This document shows, piece after piece, positions 15,562 through 24,010 of a DNA stretch of 37,696 nucleotides. The position numbers were made by a program, and so were the translations under genes. The DNA is from a virus (taxonomy: Duplodnaviria > Caudoviricetes): the IMG/VR virus record IMGVR_UViG_3300033755_000172, positions 1 to 37,696 of that record; one strand, 5' to 3'. How positions within the stretch are numbered: the first letter of the stretch is position 1; each line of letters opens with the position of its first letter. The notes beneath the pieces were generated by a model. It saw nothing but the letters and a program-made list of their open reading frames with translations, was not told the origin of the DNA and did no database searches.

Positions 15562-17177
15562 GCGCGCTCCCGACCGCCGCCGAAATCGCTTCCGCCCGCG
15601 CGATCACCGAGCAGGAATGGGCGCGGCTGCGGCGCGACTCTCTGGTCGCCGGACCCGGCCTCGACGCGCGCGCTTCGCTCGACAAGATCCTGCTGCCCTA
15701 TCAGCAGCGGCTGCTGGCGACGACGGCGCGTTATCGCGTCACGGTGGTCGAGAAGAGCCGCCGCACCGGGGCGACCTGGGGCGTCGGCGCAGAGGCCGTG
15801 CTGACGTCGGCCTCGGCGCGGTCCGAAGGCGGCATGGACAGCCTTTACATCGGCTACAACCTCGACATGGCGCGCGAGTTCATCGACTGCTGCGCGATGT
15901 GGGCCAAGGCGTTCAACGAGGCGCTGGTCGAGGGCGGGGTCGAGGAGTTCCTGTTCGACGACGGCGCCGACAAGGCGATCAGCGCCTTCCGCATCCGCTT
16001 CGCCTCCGGCTTCGAGATCGTCGCGCTGGCGTCGCGGCCGCGCTCGCTTCGCGGCCGCCAGGGTTTCGTGATCATCGACGAAGCGGCGTTCCACGACGAG
16101 CTGAAGGAGCTGATGAAGGCGGCCCTCGCCCTGCTGATCTGGGGCGGCCGGGTGCTGGTGATTTCGACCCACAATGGCGAGGACAACTATTACAACGCGC
16201 TGGTCAAGGAGGCGCGGAGCGGGACGAAGGGCTATGGCTTCGTGCGCTTCGACTTTGACGACGCGCTGAAGGATGGGCTCTATCAGCGGGTGTGCCTGCG
16301 CACCGGCGAAACTTGGAGCGTCGAGGGCGAGGCGGCCTGGCGGGCCGGCATCATCCGCGAATACGGCGACGCCGCCGACGAGGAGCTGTTCTGCATCCCC
16401 AGCGAGGGAACGGGAACGTGGCTGCCGGGGCCGCTGATCGAGGCGCGGGCGCGGCTGGGCATTCCGGTGCTGCGGCTGACGCGGCCGCCCGAGTTCACCC
16501 ACTGGCCGGCGCATTTGCGCGAAGCCGACGTCGAGGCGTGGTGCGAGCGCGAGCTGCTGCCGGTCCTGAAGACGCTCGACCCGGCGCTGTGGCACTATCT
16601 CGGCGCCGACTATGGGCGCGTGTCCGACCTGACGGTGCTGTGGCCGCTGGCGATCGCCCGCACGCTGCGGCGGCTCACGCCGTTCGTGGTCGAAATGCGC
16701 CGCATTCCGTTCGACCAGCAGCGCCAGGTGCAGAAGTTCGTAATGGCGCGGCTGCCGCGCTTTGGCGCGTCGAAGCATGACGCGACGGGCTTGGGCATGT
16801 CGCTTGCCGAGAGCGCCCAGCAGGACTTCGGCGAGCTGCGCTGCGAGGCGGTCAAGCTGACGGTCGAGTGGTACCGCGAGAACGCGCAAGCCTTGAAAAC
16901 CGCTTTTGAAGACGACGCGATCGATATTCCGGCCGACGCCGACATCGCTTCCGATCTTCGTCTCGTCCAGGTCAAAGGCGGCGTTCCCTTCATGCCGGCG
17001 GTGAAGAGCGGCGAGGCGAAGGACCGCCACGGGGACGCGGCGGTCGCCTTGATGCTCGCCTACGCGGCGACGCGGGCGACGATGATCGCCTACGATTACG
17101 ACAGCCCGCGCACGGCCCGCGAGGCGCGCCCGGACGAAGACGAAGACGAGCGGCGCGGCAAGGAGGGGCTGTGGTGA
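15558..17177 (+). CDS. Terminase large subunit (Mu gp28-like)
   Basis: LLPYQQ, EKSRRTGATW, LRGRQG, IIDEAAFH, ISTHNG, GADYGR..DLT, HGDAAVA. Confidence 0.95.
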   Translation: MSALPTAAEIASARAITEQEWARLRRDSLVAGPGLDARASLDKILLPYQQRLLATTARYRVTVVEKSRRTGATWGVGAEAVLTSASARSEGGMDSLYIGYNLDMAREFIDCCAMWAKAFNEALVEGGVEEFLFDDGADKAISAFRIRFASGFEIVALASRPRSLRGRQGFVIIDEAAFHDELKELMKAALALLIWGGRVLVISTHNGEDNYYNALVKEARSGTKGYGFVRFDFDDALKDGLYQRVCLRTGETWSVEGEAAWRAGIIREYGDAADEELFCIPSEGTGTWLPGPLIEARARLGIPVLRLTRPPEFTHWPAHLREADVEAWCERELLPVLKTLDPALWHYLGADYGRVSDLTVLWPLAIARTLRRLTPFVVEMRRIPFDQQRQVQKFVMARLPRFGASKHDATGLGMSLAESAQQDFGELRCEAVKLTVEWYRENAQALKTAFEDDAIDIPADADIASDLRLVQVKGGVPFMPAVKSGEAKDRHGDAAVALMLAYAATRATMIAYDYDSPRTAREARPDEDEDERRGKEGLW

Positions 17178-17440
17178 CGCGCCGGACGTTCCGTTTCAAG
17201 GCGATGATCTCGGGCGCCGAGGCGCGCGAGCGTCTCCGGCTCGAACGCAAAGAGCGGGCGCGCCGCGACGCCTGCCCGTCGCATTTCTTCATTCGGGTCG
17301 AGGGCGAGCCGCCGAGCTGGTTTTGCCCGAGTTGCAATAGCGAGGCGGGGCTCGATTACGTGCGCGGCTTCGTCAGCGGTCTTATCGCCGCCCACGTCGA
17401 TCCCGCTCGCTTCATCGCCGACTATGGAACCTGGCCATGA
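17171..17440 (+). CDS. Small hypothetical protein with CxxH/CxxC motifs
   Basis: AAGGAGG RBS; ACPSH...WFCPSC; overlaps terminase stop and portal start. Confidence 0.6.
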   Translation: MVTRRTFRFKAMISGAEARERLRLERKERARRDACPSHFFIRVEGEPPSWFCPSCNSEAGLDYVRGFVSGLIAAHVDPARFIADYGTWP

Positions 17441-19101
17441 TCACGCCTGATGCGCCGCGCGACATGATCGCGGAGGAAAACCAGACCGGCATGCACGGCC
17501 CGTCGCCGGTGCTCGGCCCGGACGGCCAGGACGCGCGGCGCTATCTGGCGCTGAAGGAGCGCGAGACGCTGAAAGAGGAGATCGCGCGGCCGGAGCTCAT
17601 CGGCGTGCGCGCCTTCTGGGACCAGTCGATCGCCTCCGGGCTGACGCCCGAGCGGATGGGGACGATCCTCAGGAACGCCATCCGCGGCGACCATCGCTAC
17701 TTCCTCCAGCTCGCCGAGGAAATGGAGGAGCGCGACGGCCACTACGGTTCGGTGCTGTCGACGCGCAAGCGGGCGATCTCGGCGCTGCGGGCGGTGGTCG
17801 AGCCGTCGAGCGAGAAGCGCGTCGACAAGAAAATCGCCGACGCGGTGCGCGACCTGCTCGGCGAGCCGCAGTTCCGCGACATGCTGCGCGACCTCACCGA
17901 CGCCTTCGGCAAGGGCTATTCGGCGATCGAGATCGTCTGGGGCGAACGCGACGGGCTTTGGCGGCCGGCCGCCTACAAGTGGCGCGACCCGAAATACTTC
18001 ACCTTCGACTTCGTCTCGCGCTCGGAGCTGAGACTGGCGGTGCTCGGCACCATCGACGGCGTGGCGTTGCCGCCGGCGAAGTTCATCGTCCACATGCCGA
18101 AGCTGAAGAGCGGCATCCCGATCCGCTGCGGCTTCGCCCGCCTGGCGGCGTGGTCATGGATGTTCAAAACCTACACGCTGAAGGACTGGATGGCGTTTCT
18201 CGACGTGTTCGGCATGCCGATCCGCGTGGGGAAGTATCACCCGGCGGCGACGGCGGAGGACCGGCGCAAGCTGCTGACGGCGGTTTCGCAAATCGCCGTC
18301 GACGCGGCGGCGATCATCCCCGAGAGCATGGCGATCGAGTTCATCGAAGCGAAAGGGTTCGCCGACAAGCCGTTCGAGAACATGGCCCGCTTCATGGACG
18401 AGCAATTGTCCAAGGTGGTGCTCGGCCAGACCATGTCGACCGACGGCCACGCCGGCGGCCTGGCGCAGGCGAAGATCCACAACCTGGTCAGGATCGACAT
18501 CAAGGAAGACGACGCCGACCAGCTCGCGGCGACGATCAACCGCGACCTGGTGGCGCCGTTCTGCGCCCTCAATTTCGGCGCCGACGTTCCCCGCCCATAT
18601 GCGATCTTTCCCGTCGCCGAGCCGGAGGACGTCGCGGCGCTGACCAATTCGCTCGCCGCGCTGGTGCCGCTCGGCCTCAAAGTGTCGATGCGCGAGGCGC
18701 GCGAGAAGATCGGCTTCGGCGAGCCGGACGGCGACGAGGAGCTGCTCGCCGCGCCGCAGGGCAAGCCGGCGGGGCAAAAGCCGCTCAACCCGGCCCAGCT
18801 CGACCGCGCCTGGAACGGCGCCCGGCCGCTGGCGCTCAACGCCGAGGACGGCGGCTCGGCGGTGGCGCTCGAAGAGGTCGAAGAAATCGCCGCGACCGGC
18901 GCCGAAGACTGGGCGCCCCAGCTCTCGCCGATCGTCGCCAAGGTGCTGGCGGCGGCGCGCGAAGCCAAGAGCTACGAAGAATTCGTCGCCGCGCTCGACC
19001 GGCTCGCCGGCGAGATCGACGCCGACCCGCTCGCCAAGCGCCTGGCCGCCGCGGGCCTGAAGGCGCGCGCGCTCGGCGATCTCGGGCTCGGCAAGGCTTG
19101 A
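17437..19101 (+). CDS. Portal protein (Mu gp29, DUF935-type)
   Basis: GLTPERMG.IL, EEMEERD.H, GYSAIEIVW, FLDVFGMPIRVGKY, SKVVLGQT. Confidence 0.95.
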   Translation: MITPDAPRDMIAEENQTGMHGPSPVLGPDGQDARRYLALKERETLKEEIARPELIGVRAFWDQSIASGLTPERMGTILRNAIRGDHRYFLQLAEEMEERDGHYGSVLSTRKRAISALRAVVEPSSEKRVDKKIADAVRDLLGEPQFRDMLRDLTDAFGKGYSAIEIVWGERDGLWRPAAYKWRDPKYFTFDFVSRSELRLAVLGTIDGVALPPAKFIVHMPKLKSGIPIRCGFARLAAWSWMFKTYTLKDWMAFLDVFGMPIRVGKYHPAATAEDRRKLLTAVSQIAVDAAAIIPESMAIEFIEAKGFADKPFENMARFMDEQLSKVVLGQTMSTDGHAGGLAQAKIHNLVRIDIKEDDADQLAATINRDLVAPFCALNFGADVPRPYAIFPVAEPEDVAALTNSLAALVPLGLKVSMREAREKIGFGEPDGDEELLAAPQGKPAGQKPLNPAQLDRAWNGARPLALNAEDGGSAVALEEVEEIAATGAEDWAPQLSPIVAKVLAAAREAKSYEEFVAALDRLAGEIDADPLAKRLAAAGLKARALGDLGLGKA

Positions 19102-19105
19102 AGCG

Positions 19106-20362
19106 ATGGCCGACGCTTTCGACCATCCGCCCGCCGAGGTCCAGCGCTACTTCGACGCCAAGGCCATCAAGCCGAGCTTCGACTGGCGCGATTTCTCTTT
19201 CGACGAGCACGCGACGGCGTTCACCGTCGCCAAGAGCGCCGGTTACGACATCCTCGGCGACGTCAAGGACGCGCTGTCGAAGGCGATCGGCGAACGCCAG
19301 GACTTCGCCGAATTCCGCGCCGGGCTGGAGCCGCTGCTCAAGGCGAAGGGCTGGTGGGGGAAGGCGCCGGCGATCGACCCGGCGACCGGCGAAGAGCGGA
19401 TCGTCCAGCTCGGCTCGCCCAGGCGGTTGCAGACGATCTATTGGGCCAACGTCAACTCGGCCTACGCCGCCGGCGAATGGGAGCGCATCGAGCGCACGAA
19501 GCGCGTGCTGCCCTTCCTGCAATATCTGCACACGGTCTCGGAGCATCCGCGCCCGGAGCATCTCGCCTGGGTCGGGACGATCCTCAGCGTCGACGACCCG
19601 TGGTGGAGCACGCACTACCCGCCGAACGGCTGGGGGTGCAAATGCCGGGCGCGCCAGCTTTCCGACGCCGAAGCCGAGCGCTTCGGCTATGTCGCCGACG
19701 ATCCCGACGAGCCGCCCGACTTCGGGACGAAGACGTTCGTCAACAAGCGCACCGGCGAGGTCGAGGAAGTGCCGGTCGGGATCGATCCCGGCTGGGCGCA
19801 GAACCCCGGCCAGGCGCGCAGCGAGAACGCGGCGAAGTTCATCGCCGGCCGCATCGACGCGATGAGCGAAGAAGCGCGCGCGGCGGCGGTGGCCGATCTC
19901 GCCGACTCGTGGCTGATGAAGCGCATCGTCTCGGGAACAATTCGGTTCGACCCGGCCTCGCGCGATCCGGCGGTCGTCAACCGCGGCAAGATCGCCGTTC
20001 CCTTCGCGGCGCTCACGGCGGAGCTCGCCGCGGCGATCGGCGGCGAGGCGCGGGCGGTGATGCTGTCGGTCGCCGACGCCACCAAGCAGCTCGCCAAGCG
20101 GCGCGACCGCGCCGGCGCGCCGAGCGTGACGGCGAAGGACTACGCGATCGTGCAGAAGCTGATCGACGCGGGCGTGGCGCTCACCGAAGGCGCGCGCGAT
20201 CTCTTGCTGATCGGAACGGTCGACGGGCGGCCCTGGCAGGCGGTGATCCGCCGCGCCGCCGCCGCGCCGGGGGAGCTCTACCTGAAGAGCCTCTACCCGG
20301 TCCGCGCCGGCCGCCTCGAAGCGCTGCGGCGGCGAGCGAACGCGGTTCGTGAAGAGAAATGA
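19106..20362 (+). CDS. F: MuF (gp30) head morphogenesis protein with C-terminal extension resembling a phage BECR-fold nuclease
   Basis: AFTVAKS, KGWWG, RRLQTIY..N, RPEHLAW, WWSTHYPPNGWGCKC, GIDPGW; extra ~150 aa ending DY..VQKLID.G...DGRPWQAVIR...ELYLKSLY. Confidence 0.88.
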   Translation: MADAFDHPPAEVQRYFDAKAIKPSFDWRDFSFDEHATAFTVAKSAGYDILGDVKDALSKAIGERQDFAEFRAGLEPLLKAKGWWGKAPAIDPATGEERIVQLGSPRRLQTIYWANVNSAYAAGEWERIERTKRVLPFLQYLHTVSEHPRPEHLAWVGTILSVDDPWWSTHYPPNGWGCKCRARQLSDAEAERFGYVADDPDEPPDFGTKTFVNKRTGEVEEVPVGIDPGWAQNPGQARSENAAKFIAGRIDAMSEEARAAAVADLADSWLMKRIVSGTIRFDPASRDPAVVNRGKIAVPFAALTAELAAAIGGEARAVMLSVADATKQLAKRRDRAGAPSVTAKDYAIVQKLIDAGVALTEGARDLLLIGTVDGRPWQAVIRRAAAAPGELYLKSLYPVRAGRLEALRRRANAVREEK

Positions 20363-20363
20363 A

Positions 20364-20421
20364 GGCCGGGGGAGCGTTGCCTCCCCGCGGGCAGAAGCCC
20401 GGCTCAACGTCTGGCTCGGCC
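20364..20421 (-). ncRNA. Candidate ~58-nt structured small RNA (three-way junction plus pseudoknot, tRNA-like topology)
   Basis: Minus-strand GGCCG/CGGCC closing stem; CGGGC-UUCU-GCCCG arm; GGGGAG-GCAACG-CUCCCC arm; CGUUG/CAACG loop pairing; promoter immediately upstream; U-rich tail. Confidence 0.55.
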
Positions 20422-20428
20422 GAACGGG

Positions 20429-20457
20429 AATATACGCCCGCCGGCGGCCGGTTTCAA
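20429..20457 (-). promoter_or_regulatory. Sigma70-type promoter TTGAAA-N17-TATATT driving the candidate sRNA
   Basis: + strand tttcaa at 20452-20457 and aatata at 20429-20434, 17-bp spacer; expected start at about 20422. Confidence 0.7.
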
Positions 20458-20628
20458 ACCCCGCCGAAAACGCCCCAGGAGCGGCTCCCCGATCGGATAC
20501 GCAAGATCGTAGCAGCCGGGTCGGACTTTGCCGTCTGGGCTTAAAATTCCCGTTTCAACGTCGATCCTGGCTGGCTGCGAGGGTCGGGTCCGGGAGATTT
20601 TCGGCGGGAGGGGGCGGAACGGCCCCAG

Positions 20629-20644
20629 GGTGAACAATTTCACC
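20629..20644. promoter_or_regulatory. Late-promoter palindrome 2 (GGTGAA-CAAT-TTCACC), upstream of protease I
   Basis: Same 6-4-6 palindrome; 37 bp before the I start, equivalent to the Mu PI position. Confidence 0.7.
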
Positions 20645-20681
20645 AGAGCGCGCGGAGGGCGCGTTCGGGTCAATAGGCCAC

Positions 20682-21686
20682 ATGACCGGCCAAACCGCAA
20701 CCCCCTCCCATGGACTGGCGCTGAACTCGGGCGAGGGCGTGGCGCTGGCGCTCTCATCCGAGGGCTCGGCGCTGGAGTGGGTGCAATTGCTGCCGGCAGG
20801 TCCCGTCCTCAAAGGCCGCGACGGCCGCCAGTGGAAGGTCAGCGATCCGGCGCGCCTGGTCGCGCAATTCGCCCCCCCGTTCGTCGTCGACTACGAGCAC
20901 GCTCAGGACAAGCTCGCCGTCAACGGCCAAGAGGCGCCTGCCGGCGGCTGGGTCGAAGCGATGGAGCTTCGCGGCGGCGCAATCTGGGGACGCGTCGACT
21001 GGACGCCGCGCGCCAAGGCGGCGATCGCCGCGCGCGAGTACCGCTTCATCTCGCCCGCTTTCACCTATTCGCCGGCCGACGGCGAGGTCGCCGCGCTGAT
21101 CGGCGCGAGCCTGGTCAACCGGCCGAACTTCGTCATGCCCGCCCTCAACTCGCAGGAGCCCTCCATGCTGAAAGAGATCGCCGCCGCGCTCGGTCTCGCC
21201 GAGACGGCGACTTCGCCCGAGATCGTTACGGCGATCGGCGCGCTCAAGGTCGCGACGGCGCTCAACGCTGAGCAGCCCGACCTCGCCAGGTTCGTGCCGC
21301 GCGCTGATTACGAGCTGGCGCTCAACCGCGCCACGACCGCCGAGGCCAGGATCGCCGCCGACGCGAAGGCCGCGCACGAGGCCAAGGTCGCCGCGGCGAT
21401 CGACGGCGCGGTTCATGCGGGCAAGGTCGCGCCGGCGTCGAAGGATTTCTATCTCGCTGCGTGCTCGACCGCCGAAGGCCTCGCCGCCTTCCAGAGGTTC
21501 GCCGCCTCGGCGCCGACCGCGTTCAGGGAAATCGTCAACCCGGCCGCCGGCGGCGCCGGCGCCGACCAGGTCGCGCTCAACGCCGAGCAGCTCGCCGTCG
21601 CCAAGGCGCTCGGGCTCGATCCCAAGGCGTTCGCGGCCGACATCGCCAAGCGCGCCGCGGCGCGCGCCGAAGCCGCCGCCGCGTGA
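20682..21686 (+). CDS. I: Prohead protease I with nested scaffold Z (internal start at 21165)
   Basis: WVQLLPAG..GRDGR.W, VDYEH, APAGGW, WTPRA, EYRFISP.F, LVNRPN; internal AGGAG RBS before in-frame ATG 21165. Confidence 0.93.
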   Translation: MTGQTATPSHGLALNSGEGVALALSSEGSALEWVQLLPAGPVLKGRDGRQWKVSDPARLVAQFAPPFVVDYEHAQDKLAVNGQEAPAGGWVEAMELRGGAIWGRVDWTPRAKAAIAAREYRFISPAFTYSPADGEVAALIGASLVNRPNFVMPALNSQEPSMLKEIAAALGLAETATSPEIVTAIGALKVATALNAEQPDLARFVPRADYELALNRATTAEARIAADAKAAHEAKVAAAIDGAVHAGKVAPASKDFYLAACSTAEGLAAFQRFAASAPTAFREIVNPAAGGAGADQVALNAEQLAVAKALGLDPKAFAADIAKRAAARAEAAAA

Positions 21687-21731
21687 AACCCGGTCGCGGC
21701 GCGCCGAAGCCGCCGCGCCGTGAAACTCGTT
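21662..21731 (+). repeat. Imperfect tandem duplication (37-bp period) of the I gene 3' end
   Basis: gcgcgccgaagccgccgccgcgtgaaacccggt and gcgcgccgaagccgccgcgccgtgaaactcgtt. Confidence 0.8.
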
Positions 21732-21744
21732 TGAAAGGCAGACC

Positions 21745-22179
21745 ATGACCGCTCTCGTCGCCTCCCGCCTGATCAAGCAGCTCGCCACCGTCACGACGCG
21801 GCGCTTTCCTGTCGCCGCGGCGACCGCCGTCTGGGAAGGCGGCATGGTCGCCCTCTCCGGCGCAGGCGCGGCCGCCGTCGCGGTTCCCGCCAGCGCCAAC
21901 CCGGCGCTGAAGGTGGTCGGCGTGGCGCAGGCCGACGCCAACAACCTCGCCGGCGCCGCGGGCGCGATGACGGTCGACGCCAAGGTCGGGACGTTCTTGA
22001 TGAACAACAGCGCGACCGATCCCGTCGCGCTCGGCGACGTCGGCAGCCCCGTCTACGCAGTCGACGACAACACCGTGTCGAAGACCGGCGCTCCCACTTC
22101 CGGCAGCCCCACCCAGCCGCAGGCCGGCTTCCTGTGGGCGATCGATCCGAGCGGCGGCGTCTGGGTGCGCTTCGTCTAA
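21745..22179 (+). CDS. Capsid cement/decoration-like protein
   Basis: FPVAAAT...GGMV...VGVA...N..GAAG...DVGSPVYAVDDNTV...GVWV; between I and T. Confidence 0.75.
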   Translation: MTALVASRLIKQLATVTTRRFPVAAATAVWEGGMVALSGAGAAAVAVPASANPALKVVGVAQADANNLAGAAGAMTVDAKVGTFLMNNSATDPVALGDVGSPVYAVDDNTVSKTGAPTSGSPTQPQAGFLWAIDPSGGVWVRFV

Positions 22180-22217
22180 CCAATTCGCCGTCGTCGACGG
22201 CCTAACGGAGTTTCCTC

Positions 22218-23165
22218 ATGGCGCCTCGCCCGATTACCCCCGCCCTCCTCGAAGCGATGTTCGAGGGCTTCAACACGCGTTTCAACCAGGCGTTCGCCGG
22301 CGTCAAACCGGAGTGGGGCCGCGTCGCGATGGAGGTGCCGTCGAGCGCCTCGGCCGAAAACTACGGCTGGATGACCCAGGTGCCGCGCATCCGCGAATGG
22401 CTCGGCGACCGGGTCATCAACTCGATCAAGGCCTACGGCTATCGCATCGTCAACCGGACGTTCGAGTCGACGCTCGGCGTGCCGCGCGAGTCGATCGAGG
22501 ACGACACCTACGGCCTGTTCGCGCCGCTGTTCTCCGAGATGGGCCGCTCGGCGGCGCTGTTCCCCGACGAACTGGTCTTCCCGCTGCTCGACGCCGGCTT
22601 CGCCACGCCGTGCTACGACGGCCAGAACTTCTTCGACCCCGAGCATCCGGTGCTCGACGCCAACGGCAATCCGCAGGGCGTCTCCAATGTGCAGGCGGGC
22701 GCCGGTCCGGCGTGGTTTCTGATGGACACCACGCGCTACGTCAAGCCGCTGATCTACCAGACCCGCCGCGCCTTCGACTTCATCGCCAAGACCGACCCGC
22801 GCAGCTCCGACCGCGTGTTCATGCAGAAGGAGTACATCTACGGCGTCGACGCGCGCTGCAACGCCGGCTTCGGCTTCTGGCAATTCGCCTACGGCAGCCA
22901 GGCGGCGCTCAACCGCGCCAACTTCCGCGCCGCGCGCGCGGCGATGATCAACCTCAAGGGCGACTACGGCCGCCCGCTCGGCGTCAAGCCGAACGTGCTG
23001 GTCTGCGGCCCGTCGCTCGAACAGACGGCGCGCGACCTGATCAAGTCGAAGTTCCTGGCGGTCGACGGCGCGCCGGGCGAAGCGGCCTTGGTCGGGGCGG
23101 TCGGCGTGATGGACAATACCGACCAGGACATCGTCGACATCTTCATGAGCCCCTGGCTCAGCTGA
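22218..23165 (+). CDS. T: Major capsid protein (Mu gpT family)
   Basis: ENYGW...IREWLGDR...IEDD.YG.F...CYDGQNFFDPEHPV...KPLIYQ.R...YGVDARCNAGFGFWQ. Confidence 0.96.
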   Translation: MAPRPITPALLEAMFEGFNTRFNQAFAGVKPEWGRVAMEVPSSASAENYGWMTQVPRIREWLGDRVINSIKAYGYRIVNRTFESTLGVPRESIEDDTYGLFAPLFSEMGRSAALFPDELVFPLLDAGFATPCYDGQNFFDPEHPVLDANGNPQGVSNVQAGAGPAWFLMDTTRYVKPLIYQTRRAFDFIAKTDPRSSDRVFMQKEYIYGVDARCNAGFGFWQFAYGSQAALNRANFRAARAAMINLKGDYGRPLGVKPNVLVCGPSLEQTARDLIKSKFLAVDGAPGEAALVGAVGVMDNTDQDIVDIFMSPWLS

Positions 23166-23176
23166 CGAATAGCAAG

Positions 23177-23228
23177 GGCGGCGCCGGAGATCCCGGCTTC
23201 CGCCGGCGGGGCCGCGATCGGCCCCGCC
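23177..23228 (+). other. Two adjacent GC-rich hairpins downstream of the capsid gene
   Basis: ggcgg-c-gccgg-agatc-ccggc-tt-ccgcc, then a perfect 10-bp stem ggcggggccg-cgat-cggccccgcc; no U tract. Confidence 0.55.
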
Positions 23229-23253
23229 ATCCCCTCCCGAGACAGAGAGCGCC

Positions 23254-23463
23254 ATGGCCGACGATCCCAAGAGCAAAGCCGCCGCTGCTGCAACCGCTGG
23301 CAAGAAGGGCGAGACGATCACGGTCGTCGGCCCGGTCGACGGGCGCTGGCGTGGGGGGACGAAGTTCGGGCCGACGGCGATCGTCGTCGATCTGTCGACC
23401 ATCACGCCGGCGCAACTCGCCGCGATCGAGGGCGACCCGCTGTTGAGCGTCAAGCGCTCTTAA
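23254..23463 (+). CDS. Mu gp35/HI1506-like small protein
   Basis: GRWRGGTKF...ITPAQLAAIEGDPLLSV. Confidence 0.75.
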   Translation: MADDPKSKAAAAATAGKKGETITVVGPVDGRWRGGTKFGPTAIVVDLSTITPAQLAAIEGDPLLSVKRS

Positions 23464-23569
23464 ACCGCGCCGCGCGCGGAACGCGTCCCGCGCGCGGCCA
23501 ACGCCGTAACCGGCCTTGTTTCCCACGACCGCCCGCGGCGCGAGCCGCGGGCCTTCCCGGATTTGCGCC

Positions 23570-24010
23570 ATGTCCTACGCCGCGGAAGCCGATCTCGACG
23601 CCAAATGGAGCCCGGAGCTGGTCACGCTCGCGGCGTGGGACCCGGCGGCCGAGGCGCGCAGCAGCGCGCGCATCGCCGTCGCGCTGGCGGCCGCCAGCGC
23701 CGTCATGGACGGCTATTTCGCGCGCCGCTACGCGCTGCCGCTCAATCCGACCGCCGACGGCGCGACGCTGCTGACCAATCTCAACTGCGACCTCGCGATG
23801 GGCCAGCTCTCCAACACGCCCGGGACGCGCAACGAAATCGTCGCCGAGGCGGAGAAGCGCGCGATCCAGTTCCTGCGCGACGTCGGCGAAGGGAAAGCGG
23901 CCATCCCGCTGGTCGCGACGCCCTCGCGCGAGCCCGAGGTGGCGCCCAATGAACCGGTGCTGCTGGCCGACGGCCGCATGTTCACGCGCGACCGGATGAG
24001 GGCGCTGTGA
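23570..24010 (+). CDS. Mu gp36-like (DUF1320) head-tail adaptor
   Basis: MSYA...ALAAASAVMDGYFARRYALPL...CDLA...AIQFLRDVGEGK. Confidence 0.88.
   Translation: MSYAAEADLDAKWSPELVTLAAWDPAAEARSSARIAVALAAASAVMDGYFARRYALPLNPTADGATLLTNLNCDLAMGQLSNTPGTRNEIVAEAEKRAIQFLRDVGEGKAAIPLVATPSREPEVAPNEPVLLADGRMFTRDRMRAL

Noticed and set aside
20364-20421. Canonical tRNA gene
   Set aside because: Too short; no TTC T-loop, no 7-nt anticodon loop, no CCA; only the topology is tRNA-like
20359-20544. 61-aa ORF after MuF as a protein immunity gene
   Set aside because: Pro/Gly/Arg-rich with atypical codons, and it coincides with the structured element and the minus-strand promoter; not fully excluded because it has an ATGA overlap
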